DNA of 43,311 bases, from NCBI GenBank assembly GCA_963766075.1, contig CAVYAN010000057.1, positions 1 to 43,311 of the forward strand. The letters run 5' to 3'. The translations under genes and the position numbers were made by a program. Origin of the DNA: an uncultured cyanobacterium (GTDB lineage Bacteria > Cyanobacteriota > Cyanobacteriia > Leptolyngbyales > Leptolyngbyaceae). The notes under the pieces are model-generated. The model searched no databases and was not told the origin of the DNA. It saw only the letters and a program-made list of their open reading frames with translations. Each line of letters begins with the position of its first letter. The stretch's first letter is position 1. This document shows positions 19,379 through 28,800 of this stretch, in pieces.

Positions 19379-19624
19379 CTAGTCAGACAAAAAACGGCGC
19401 TGAAATTTTGGATCTCGCCGATCGCCTTTTCGGGAATTGCAGCTTTGGCACAGGGTATGGAGGTTGCTCAGGTCGTTGCTGCCGCCTTCTGCCAAGGGAA
19501 TGATGTGGTCGATGGTTAGTTTTTCAGTGGTGCCGCATTTTTGGCAGGTGTGATGGTCGCGATCGAAGACGTACAATCGCGCTGCTTCCGGGATTTCGAT
19601 CCGTTTGGTTTTCCGGGGTTGCAT
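19379..19624 (-). CDS. Small HNH endonuclease (zinc-binding, 81 aa)
   Basis: VFDRDHHTCQKCG...TIDHIIPLAEGGSNDLSNLHTLCQSCNSRK; GGAG RBS 9 nt upstream of the ATG. Confidence 0.92.
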   Translation of the reverse strand: MQPRKTKRIEIPEAARLYVFDRDHHTCQKCGTTEKLTIDHIIPLAEGGSNDLSNLHTLCQSCNSRKGDRRDPKFQRRFLSD

Positions 19625-19637
19625 GGGGATTGCTCCG

Positions 19638-20037
19638 TTAGCCCTCTACGATCTCAGTCTGGCGGAGCGCATCCAAAGGCGAATCGTCAGTTGCGGCTGC
19701 TTGAGAGTCTGCGGCTGATTCTTGTTCCGGTGGAATATCGGGTTCAAACTCAAATTCAAAGATAACTTTGACAGCAATTGTACCCTTTTGCCACCCTTTG
19801 CCATTGGGCTGCATCACTTCTCCACGAATCGGAGGATGAAAAGAGGGTCCTTATCCGGAATCCTTGCATGACCCTCGATTGCATAGATAATTGAACTGAT
19901 TTGGGCATAATCTCATACTTGAAAATATTCTCGAATAGCCGTGTCCAGTTGGTCAATTTTGAACACCCATTGACCCCAATTGAATCACGGTTCCTGGAGT
20001 TTGCACTGGGTGTTAAATCAATTTTTTTATCGCTCAT
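19638..20037 (-). CDS. KGK-domain protein 3 (several indels: sequencing error or pseudogene)
   Basis: Manual reconstruction: MSDKKIDLTPVQTPGTVIQLGQWVFKIDQLDTAIREYF...HPPIRGEVMQPNGKGWQKGTIAVKVIFEFEFEPD...DSPLDALRQ...EG*. The GWQKG, EF.PD and SPLD.LRQ hallmarks are present. Confidence 0.75.
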
Positions 20038-20177
20038 ATAGTTTTGCTCCATATCATTTAGCGTCAACAATCCCATTCAGAGTGCCCAACTTTAGAATCT
20101 TGCCATCTAGAATCTGAGCCCTGGTCCTGCTAGTCCAAGATCGGGATGCTGTCTCTAGGGCAAAATCGCAGCTCATC

Positions 20178-20532
20178 CTAGGTCTCCCCGTCAATAGCTT
20201 GACGCAAGCTATTTAAATCAGACTGTTCGGATTTTGTAGCATTAGAGATAGTGGGTGGGGCCTTGGGCGAAAACTCTAGCTGGAGCCGGACTAAACCAGA
20301 CTGCCAGCCTGTGGTATCTCCCCCACTTCTAAGGACTGCGCACTCAATCCCACGGCTAAACCAGTAGTACTTAACTTGGGACACATCGATGACTTAACTG
20401 GCTAAGTGCGAAAGTATGTGTAAAGCGTCCAAAACCAAAAACGATGAATCGCTCATTAAATTCAATTCTGACTCAACACTACATATGTCTTGCTCTGCTA
20501 GAGAAAACTGTTGTCGATATTTTGTAACTCAT
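20178..20532 (-). CDS. KGK-like domain protein 2 (one indel near the start and an in-frame TAA at 20394-20396)
   Basis: MSYK/YRQQFSLAEQDICSVESELNLMSDSSFLV...LAS*VIDVSQVKYYWFSRGIECAVLRSGGDTTGWQSGLVRLQLEFSP...SDLNSLRQ. Confidence 0.7.
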
Positions 20533-20803
20533 CTGAATTTTGATTTGGCTGCAAATCCCACATTTAGGCTAATTCGTCCCTTCTTGCCAACCGGTAAGAT
20601 TATGGTCTGATCGTAGAACTTTGGCTTCTATTCCTTCCCAATCCAGGAATATCTTCGTATCTGAAGAGAATAAATTTTGCACGATGTATCGGAGAGATGT
20701 CAGTAATTCAGAAGCCTTCATACAAAGTGGTTGCTTAGACTAGAACATGCGCTCCATGGTCGAGTCTAATCACATCTTCATCGGAAAGGGAGTAAAAATT
20801 CAT
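20529..20803 (-). CDS. KGK-like domain protein 1 (frameshifted; could be the N-terminal domain of a tandem-KGK protein)
   Basis: Fragments MNFYSLSDEDVIRLD / KQPLCMKASELLTSLRYIVQ...IFLD / EGIEAKVLRSDHNLTGWQEG / RISLNVGF. Starts 42 bp after the dynamin stop; its TGA overlaps the next ATG (ATGA, 20529-20532). Confidence 0.6.
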
Positions 20804-20845
20804 GGTTTTGACAATATAAGTTGAATGGTTGAAACAAGGCTAAGA

Positions 20846-23263
20846 TTAGGCGCTCAAAGACGATTCATAGAGAAGCGGGTCGCTGGGTTGAATCTCAATT
20901 AGCGGTAGCTTTTGTCGATCGCACCCCATCACTTCCAAGCAGGCATTCACCCCCGCGATCGCCGTGTTATATCGGCTCATATCTTGCTCAAGTTCGGCTA
21001 AAAGACTTTGGGAATTCCGCAGCTTCTCCTCCGCCTCCTTCTGCAACACTGCTGCCATGTATTGCCGTGCGCGATCGTACTGCTCTGAAATCACCTCCAC
21101 CTGCTGTCTCACCGCGGGTAACAGGTGGATATTCAGGGTTTGGTTGATTGTTTGTCGAAAGGTTTTCATTACGGTGGTCGAAACCTTTTGCTCAAAATCC
21201 ATTTTCAGCAATTGCCGAATCGCCGGTTCTGTATCGATCATGCTTTGGTAGTCATAGCCCTGACAGGCTTGCTGCAAGGTGGCTTGCAACTGAAACAGCG
21301 AAGCCGTCTCATCCGCAAAAAACTCTGGGCATTCCCGCACATAGCGATCGCACTCCGTTTGGGCCGCACTGACCAAGGCGTGCAATGTGTCCTGTTCGAC
21401 GCGATCCAGCAGGGCTTCGATGCCACTGTCATTACCCAACATCCGAAATAGATGGCGATAGTAGGGCTGCTGCGGAATCTGATCGCGCAATTGCTGAAAA
21501 AATAGTTGTGCCAGCGCTTCCGAAGCCCGCATCAACTCCTCTTCCAACCCATTGGCCAAATAGTAAAATGCCTCAGCTAAAATTCCCAACAACGGCACTA
21601 CGGAATTCCGCCGATGGCTACTCTGCGCCCGCCGATGCACTTCCCCCACCGAAAATCCCTTCAGGAGCTGATCAAGTTGTTGCACCATCGATCGCTGTAA
21701 TGCCACAAATTGCTTCTCAAACCCTTGATTTTGATTACTGGAAACCACTTGGTTGATTTCTTTTTCCAAATGCCGCTGAAATTCCTGCCCCACCTGTTGC
21801 AAATCCAGGCTGAGTTGTTTCAGTTCCTGGCCTTTCAGCGCTTCAATATCCGTGGGCTGGGCTTTGAGGCGATCGTACTCCTCCAGTAGGGCCTTCCGCA
21901 ATTGAATGCAAATCGGCTGAAGATCATCGGCTAAATTCACCAGCAAAAGGGGACGCTTCTCCTTCAGCAAATAATGGGTAATCGCAGTCCGAAAGGATTC
22001 AATCCCGCTGTCATGAATCAGTTGATCAATTAATGCCTGACCTTGTTCGCCCAAAATCCGCGCATAGTTCTGATTTGGGCTTTCATAGCTGCGGACATCA
22101 ATCCGAAACTGCTCAATCGGCAGCTTGCCCGAACTCGCGCAGTAGCGATTAAACTCGTTCACAAATTGCGGCGTATCTTCCTGGCCATCGCCGGATTGCA
22201 GCGAATTCGCAAACAGAGAGTCCAACCCAAAGCGATCGCCCGGTCCTGTTTGCCGCAATTGACTCCCCCAAAAGCCCAGCAGCCCACTGGTTTTATACAC
22301 CCGACTGGAATCGCGAAATTGTCTGTGAATTAATTGCTCTAGCCGCTGCCGCAGTTGGGTGTTGTACCAGGATTCATCGACGCGATTGAACGCATAGAAA
22401 ACCCGATCGCGAATCCCCGGATTGCGCCGCATCGTTTCGAGCAGTTCTGTCTCCTCCGTGGTCATATCCCCTGCCGATGCCACCTTAAGCACACAAACTA
22501 CCGCCGACGTTTCTGGATCTTGAATCTTCCCATAGGTTAGCTCAGCATCCTTACGCACCGGGGCATCAATACCGGGCGTATCAATCAAAACATTGCCATC
22601 CTGGAGCAGCGGATGGTGGCAGTAGTACTCAATGCGCTTTAGCACAGCGCTATTGACACCCCGACGGGCATAGCTGGCCGCCTCTTGCAAATCGGCAAAA
22701 TTAAGCTGCTCCATCGAAAGCGTACAATTGGCCTGCGGTTCAATGTGGGCCTGATTGACCTGAAAGCCCTGAATTAGGTACTTCAGGGCCGTCGCTTGTT
22801 TCGCGCGATCGGACTTGCTTTCGCCACCTTCGGCTTGAATGATGGCGATCGCCTCTGCCAACAGGACTGGCAAAATCTCCGGGTGCGGGTTAGAGAGATC
22901 CACCGTCAAGGCAAGGCGCTCAGCGATCGCGGCCACCTGTTCCCAGATTTCACGTTCTGACAGAAATGTCAGGACAACCCGCTCGGCATCGGCCTCAGCA
23001 TGGGCAATGCGGCATTCCGTCCCGGTCGCGTGGCCCTCCGCACTATAAAGCAATTCTCGCTCTAGCAGAGCATTGATCAACATCGACTTACCCGCACTAA
23101 ACGCGCCCGCAAACACAATGTCGAAACTGGGTGCGATCGCCTTTTTGAGCGAAGCCCGTACTGTACTGGTATCAAAGGATTGTAGTCGTGGCTGCTGGGC
23201 AACAAGCTGTAAAAGTTGATCGACACTGGGCTGTAGAGGCTGACATGGCGAGGGAGGATACAT
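20846..23263 (-). CDS. Bacterial dynamin-like GTPase, SynDLP (Slr0869)/KGK clade
   Basis: G1 FAGAFSAGKSMLINALL, G2 HATG, G3 DTPGID, G4-like NRVD and a long helical stalk. Cys7, Cys775 and an HRRN loop at 550 correspond to SynDLP features. Confidence 0.92.
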   Translation of the reverse strand: MYPPSPCQPLQPSVDQLLQLVAQQPRLQSFDTSTVRASLKKAIAPSFDIVFAGAFSAGKSMLINALLERELLYSAEGHATGTECRIAHAEADAERVVLTFLSEREIWEQVAAIAERLALTVDLSNPHPEILPVLLAEAIAIIQAEGGESKSDRAKQATALKYLIQGFQVNQAHIEPQANCTLSMEQLNFADLQEAASYARRGVNSAVLKRIEYYCHHPLLQDGNVLIDTPGIDAPVRKDAELTYGKIQDPETSAVVCVLKVASAGDMTTEETELLETMRRNPGIRDRVFYAFNRVDESWYNTQLRQRLEQLIHRQFRDSSRVYKTSGLLGFWGSQLRQTGPGDRFGLDSLFANSLQSGDGQEDTPQFVNEFNRYCASSGKLPIEQFRIDVRSYESPNQNYARILGEQGQALIDQLIHDSGIESFRTAITHYLLKEKRPLLLVNLADDLQPICIQLRKALLEEYDRLKAQPTDIEALKGQELKQLSLDLQQVGQEFQRHLEKEINQVVSSNQNQGFEKQFVALQRSMVQQLDQLLKGFSVGEVHRRAQSSHRRNSVVPLLGILAEAFYYLANGLEEELMRASEALAQLFFQQLRDQIPQQPYYRHLFRMLGNDSGIEALLDRVEQDTLHALVSAAQTECDRYVRECPEFFADETASLFQLQATLQQACQGYDYQSMIDTEPAIRQLLKMDFEQKVSTTVMKTFRQTINQTLNIHLLPAVRQQVEVISEQYDRARQYMAAVLQKEAEEKLRNSQSLLAELEQDMSRYNTAIAGVNACLEVMGCDRQKLPLIEIQPSDPLLYESSLSA

Positions 23264-23526
23264 AAAAGATCGGGGAAGGCAAAATTATCTGACTCCAGTG
23301 TAAGCAAAAAACTTAAAAGCAGCCCGCCATGTCAGAGCAGCCACTCCGTATCCAGAGCTGCCCCATGTGACTAATTGCACTCCCCATATCTAGGTATATT
23401 GCGGTGTTAGGGCAACGTAGCGAAGGGGAGCTTTAACTGAAACAGTGATTTTTGCAGAGCACTTGGTTTGACGCTCAACCGGGCTTGGTGGAGATCGCCG
23501 CCGGGGATCTGAAATGCCGGGGATCT

Positions 23527-23581
23527 GTTGCTTCGTGCGATCGCACCGTGACCCAGAAAAGTTGCGATCGCACGAAGTAAC
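23527..23581. repeat. Inverted repeat with HIP1 in both arms
   Basis: GTTGCTTCGTGCGATCGCA ... TGCGATCGCACGAAGTAAC (18/19 complementary). The 23561-23580 arm is also inverted relative to 23801-23820 (18/20). Confidence 0.85.
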
Positions 23582-23586
23582 CTCAG

Positions 23587-23859
23587 CGCGTTACTCAGTT
23601 TGATCGGCGTGTTAGTGAGTTTGATCGGCGTGTTAGTGAGTTTGATCGGCGTGTTAGTGAGTTTGATCGGCGCATTAATAATAAAATTTTATGCTGATCT
23701 AAGTGAAACATTAACGTTACTCGCTAACATCCGCGCACTCATAATAAAATCTTACGTTGATTTAAGTAAAACATAAGCGTTACTCAGTAACAGGCTGATC
23801 TAACTTTGTGCGATCGCAACGTTACTCGCTAACATCCGCGCATTCATAATAAAATCACG
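23587..23859. repeat. Array of 13 contiguous 21-bp modules
   Basis: CGTGTTAGTGAGTTTGATCGG x3 perfect (23608-23670) plus a variant at 23587. AACGTTACTCGCTAACATCCG occurs at 23713 and 23818; CGCA(T/C)T(A/C)ATAATAAAAT-type modules occur at 23671, 23734 and 23839. All are in exact 21-bp phase. Confidence 0.9.
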
Positions 23860-23886
23860 GTTCGGCGCGTTCAAAACCCTGATGAA

Positions 23887-23920
23887 AGATCCCCGGGATT
23901 TCTAAAAATCCCGGGGATCT
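23887..23920. repeat. Perfect 15-bp-stem palindrome (REP-like; possibly also the gltB terminator)
   Basis: AGATCCCCGGGATTT-CTAA-AAATCCCGGGGATCT. Related CCGGGGATCT half-copies occur at ~23501-23510 and ~23517-23526. Confidence 0.85.
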
Positions 23921-24002
23921 GCGTTTGCAAGTTCACTCTGCCCGCCAACGGCATCATTGCTCTAGTCCTCAGCTCTGCTCCTAGAACTGGGAGTAGGCCA
24001 AC

Positions 24003-27000
24003 CTAACTTCCCCCAATCCGGGCCACATCCCGAGCATTCGCTTCAAACGCTGCCGTCAGCGCATCATCCCCGCTCAGGCCATCCTCCAGCGCCTGCTTCA
24101 GCGCCTGCAACACCCGCTTGTAGTCCTTCGGCATCACCTTCACAAACTGGGGCACCTTTTCCTCCCAGGTCGCCAGCACCTGCACCGCCTTTTGGCTGCG
24201 GGTATAGTTCGCATGCTGCTGAATCATCTCCCGCAGATCCGCGATTTCCTCCCCATCCTCCAGCTTCTCCAGACCCACCATTTGCTGATTGCAGCGCGTA
24301 GCAAAGTCCCCGGCTTCATCCAGAATATAGGCCACCCCACCGCTCATCCCTGCCGCAAAGTTGCGTCCCGTCAGACCCAAGACCACTACCTTGCCCCCGG
24401 TCATATATTCGCAACCGTGATCGCCAACGCCTTCGACAACGGCATTGACACCCGAATTGCGAACGCCAAAGCGTTCCCCGGCCATACCGCGAATGTAGGC
24501 TTCACCGCGCGTCGCGCCGTAAAAAGCCACGTTGCCCGCAATCACATTCTCCTCCGCCACAAAGGTGGAGGACTTGGGCGGATAGAGAATCAGTTTGCCG
24601 CCGCTGAGGCCCTTACCTAGATAGTCATTGGTATCCCCCTCCAATTCCAGCGTCACCCCTGCCGGGACAAAAGCCCCAAAGCTTTGGCCCGCACTGCCCT
24701 GGAAGTGCAGATGCACCGTATCCTCCGGCAAGCCTTCCCAGTGGCGCTTGGTGATTTCGTTGCCCAGGATGGTGCCCACCGCGCGATTGATGTTCTCGAA
24801 TCGGCAACGTCGCACTGACCGGGGTCACCGTTTTCAATCGCAGGCTGGCACAGATCCAGCAGTCTGGTGATGTCAAGGGATTTTTCCAGACCGTGATCCT
24901 GGGGAATCTGGCAGTAGCGTCCCACTTCAGGACCCGCTTCGGGCTGGTAGAGAATCTTCGAGAAGTCGAGGCCCTTAGCTTTCCAGTGGGCGATCGCCTG
25001 TTTCGGTTCCAGCACATCCGTCCGACCAATCATCTCATTCAGCGTGCGGAAGCCCAGTTGGGCCATCAGTTCCCGCACTTCCTGGGCAATAAAGGTCATA
25101 AAGTTGACCGTGTGAGCCGGGTCACCCGTAAAGTTCTTCCGCAGATAGGGATCCTGAGTCGCTACGCCCGACCGGACAGGTGTTCAGGTGGCAGACCCGC
25201 ATCATAATGCAGCCCAGGGTCACCAGCGGCGCAGTGGCAAATCCGAATTCCTCCGCCCCCAGCAATGCAGCAATGACCACATCGCGCCCCGTTTTCATCT
25301 GGCCATCGGTTTCGACTACAATCCGGCTCCGCAGATTGTTCAGCACCAGAGTTTGATGAGTTTCCGCCAAGCCCAATTCCCAGGGCAAGCCCGCATGCTT
25401 AATCGACGTTTGCGGTGACGCACCGGTGCCGCCATCAAAGCCCGAGATCAGCACCACATCAGCATGGGCTTTGGACACCCCTGCCGCAATCGTACCCACA
25501 CCCACTTCCGACACCAACTTCACACTGATGCGGGCGTCTCGGTTGGCATTCTTCAGGTCATGAATTAGCTCCGCCAAATCCTCAATCGAGTAAATATCGT
25601 GGTGTGGCGGTGGCGAAATCAAGCCCACACCGGGCGTGGAGTGGCGCACCTTGGCAATCCAGGGATACACCTTTTTCCCGGGCAACTGGCCGCCTTCCCC
25701 CGGCTTTGCCCCTTGGGCCATTTTGATTTGAATTTCCCGCGCCTGGGACAGGTAGAGACTGGTCACCCCAAATCGGCCCGAGGCCACCTGTTTGATAGCG
25801 CTGTTTTTGGAGTCGCCGTGCTCGTTCGTCCAGGTGTAGCGATCGGGGTCTTCGCCGCCTTCTCCCGTGTTGGACTTGCCACCAATGCGGTTCATGGCGA
25901 TCGCCAAGGACTCGTGCGCTTCTTGGGAAATCGAGCCGTAGCTCATCGCCCCGGTTTTGAAGCGCTTCATAATCGCCTCAACCGACTCCACCTCCTCAAT
26001 CGGGATCGCTTGACTCGGCTTAAATTCCAGCAGACCGCGCAGGGTAAAGTGCTGATGATTCTGCTCATTCACCAAGGCCGAATACTGCTTAAACAAATCG
26101 TACTTGCCCTCCCGCACCGACTTTTGCAGCGTGTGGATCGTTTGGGGACTAAACAGGTGGGCTTCGCCATCCTTGCGCCACTGGTATTCGCCACCCACAT
26201 CCAGGGTGTGATCCTGCACATCGCGATCGGGGAACGCATGACTGTGGCGGGCGATCGCCTCCTGGGCAATCACCGCCAAATCCGCTCCTTCAATCCGAGA
26301 CGCAGTCCAGGTAAAGTAGCGATCAACCACCGCTTGGTTCAAGCCAATCGCTTCAAAAATCTGCGCGCCGCGATAGCTTTGAATCGTGGAAATCCCAATT
26401 TTAGACGCGACTTTGACCACGCCCTTGGTCGCTGCTTTGACATAGTTTTTGCAAGCGGTGGCGAAATCTACATTCACCAGTAAGCCCTCGTCGATCATGT
26501 TGGCGATTGATTCAAAGGCCAAATAGGGATTAATTGCGCCGCAGCCATAGCCAATCAGGGTAGCGTAGTGGTGGACCTCACGCGGTTCCCCCGACTCCAG
26601 GATCAGGCCAACGCGGGTGCGGGTACCCGTCCGAATCAGATGATGATGCAATCCAGCCACGGCCAGCAACGCCGGAATCGGCGCGTGATCGGCATCAAGA
26701 CCACGATCGCTGAGCACAATCAAGCTCACACCCGCCGCAATCGCCCGATCCGCCTCAGCACAAAGGCTGGTCATCGCGGCTTCTAGCCCCGCGACACCTG
26801 ACTTCGGATCAAACAACATCGGCAACGTCACCGCTTGGAAGCCGCCCGTATTCACCTGTTGCAGCTTGGCTAACTCGGCATTGGTCAGGATCGGCGTTTT
26901 CAGCTCGATCAGGTGACAGCTTTCCGGCTCCGGCTTCAACAGATTGCGCTCCGCCCCAATTGTCGTTTCCGCCGAAGTGATAATTTCCTCCCGAATCGAG

Positions 27001-28598
27001 TCAATCGGCGGATTCGTCACCTGGGCAAACAACTGCTGGAAGTAGTCGTAGAGCAACTTGGGCCGATTGGACAGCACCGACAGCGGCGTATCCGACCCCA
27101 TCGCCCCCACCGCCTCTACCCCATCCCGCGCCATCGGGGTGAGCAGCATCCGCAATTCTTCAAAGGTATACCCAAAGGCAGTTTGACGTTGGGCCAGAGA
27201 AGCTGCGCTGACGGGTGCCACCGTGGCCGCCTCCGGCAATGCGGCCAGCTCCACCATATGTTGATTAATCCAGTCGCGATAGGGCTGGGCCGTCGCGATT
27301 TGGGTTTTGATTTCCTCATCGGTAATAATCCGCCCCTGGGCCATATCCACCAGGAACATGCGACCGGGCTGCAGGCGACCTTTGTGGGCCACCCGTTCCG
27401 GCTCAATCGGCAGCACCCCCGCTTCCGAAGCCATAATCACCAAATTATCGTGGGTGACGTAGTAGCGGGAAGGCCGCAGCCCATTGCGATCCAGTACGGC
27501 GCCCATCATCGTGCCATCGGTAAAGGCAATGGACGCGGGACCATCCCACGGCTCCATTAGGCAGGAATGGTATTCGTAGAACGCTTTTTTCGCATCGCTC
27601 ATGGACTCGTGGGCGGTCCAGGGTTCCGGGATCATCATCATCACGGCGTGGGGCAGCGATCGCCCCGCCAAGGTCAACAATTCCAAGGCATTATCAAAAA
27701 TCGTCGAGTCGCTGCCCTCGACGTTGATCACCGGCTGAATTTTCTTGATGTCCTCGCCAAATAACTCCGACTCAAACATAGACTGCCGCGCAATCATCCA
27801 ATTGATGTTGCCCCGCATCGTATTGATTTCGCCGTTGTGGGCAATGTAGCGGTAGGGGTGCGATCGCTCCCAGCTCGGAAACGTATTCGTACTAAAGCGG
27901 GAATGCACCAAGGCGAGGGCGCTTTCCATATCGGGATCCCGCAGATCCGCCGCATAGTACTGTCCCACCTGGGCCGTCATCAGCATGCCCTTATACACCA
28001 TCGTCCGGCAGGACAAACTGGCAGGATACCAGCAGGGATCGATCCCCGCCACGCGAATCGCCGTGTGGCTCAGCTTGCGAATCACGAACAGCTTGCGCTC
28101 AAAGGCCAAATCATCGGTCAAGTCTGCGCTGCGCTGGATAAACACCTGCTGCATAAACGGTTCGCTGGACTTGGCCGTATTGCCCATGGAACTGTTGTCC
28201 GTCGGCACATCGCGCCAGCCCAACACTTTTTGCCCTTCCGCCGCCGCAATGGTGGTGAAGATTTCGCGGGCCTGCGATCGCGCCTCGGCCATCCGGCGAC
28301 CCGTAGATCATGCCTACCCCGTATTCCCTGCTGGGGGCAACGTGATCCCCACTGCCGCCGCCACCTTGGTCAAAAAGCGGTGCGGCACTTGAAGCAGAAT
28401 ACCAGCCCCATCCCCCGTATTGGTTTCACAGCCACAGGCTCCCCGATGCTCCAGGTTTTCCAGCATGGCCAACCCCTGCTGGACGATCGCAGAGGACGGC
28501 TGTCCTTGCATGTGGACAATGAACCCGACCCCGCAGGCATCGTGCTCGAACTGTGGATCGTACAAACCCTGTTTGCGTGGCAGCCCGTTGCTATTCAT
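24003..28598 (-). CDS. gltB: Glutamate synthase large subunit (NADH-GOGAT GltB type), ~1530 aa after repairing five single-base indels
   Basis: [16 protein letters not shown] amidotransferase N-terminus, [49 protein letters not shown] and GXGXG C-domain. Indels at ~28327, ~28290, ~25168, ~24822 and ~24800. Confidence 0.95.
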
Positions 28599-28800
28599 GG
28601 GTAATGACCTATCAAAAACGAAGAGAGGATGGACAAGCGCCCCCAGCGCCTGAGAGTCCAACGGAAACTGGGTGACTGGAACCGGGGAAAGGAGCGCTGA
28701 GAGATTCAGACAAATCCGAAGTATTCCGGAGTATACCGCTCTGGGGAGATCGCATTGTGTAATGGAGAACGGGAGGAGCGCGTCGGTCTTAATCAAATTG

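Noticed and set aside
19756..20076. 106-aa ORF as listed in the track
   Set aside because: It is mostly out-of-frame read-through of the frameshifted KGK gene; the KGK motifs lie in other frames.
23587..23697. Heptad-repeat peptide (RVTQFDR-RVSEFDR x3) as a gene
   Set aside because: There is an in-frame TAA at 23578-23580 just upstream, no start codon, and a TGA shortly after. At most it is a relic.
23587..23859. CRISPR array
   Set aside because: The units are contiguous with no unique spacers, and there are no cas genes in the window.
25599..28604. Long plus-strand ORFs (294, 215 and 255 aa) opposite gltB, and similar shadow ORFs elsewhere
   Set aside because: They are antisense shadows of GC-rich coding genes and carry no protein motifs.
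28721..28736. NtcA box upstream of gltB (GTATTCCGGAGTATAC)
   Set aside because: The spacing is GTA-N10-TAC, not GTA-N8-TAC. I saw no canonical NtcA site upstream of the nitrogen-scavenging genes either.
24003..28796. Split or pseudogenised glutamate synthase, or programmed frameshifting
   Set aside because: There are five scattered indels, mostly at short homopolymers, with no slippery-site/hairpin signature and intact motifs. Sequencing error is simpler.
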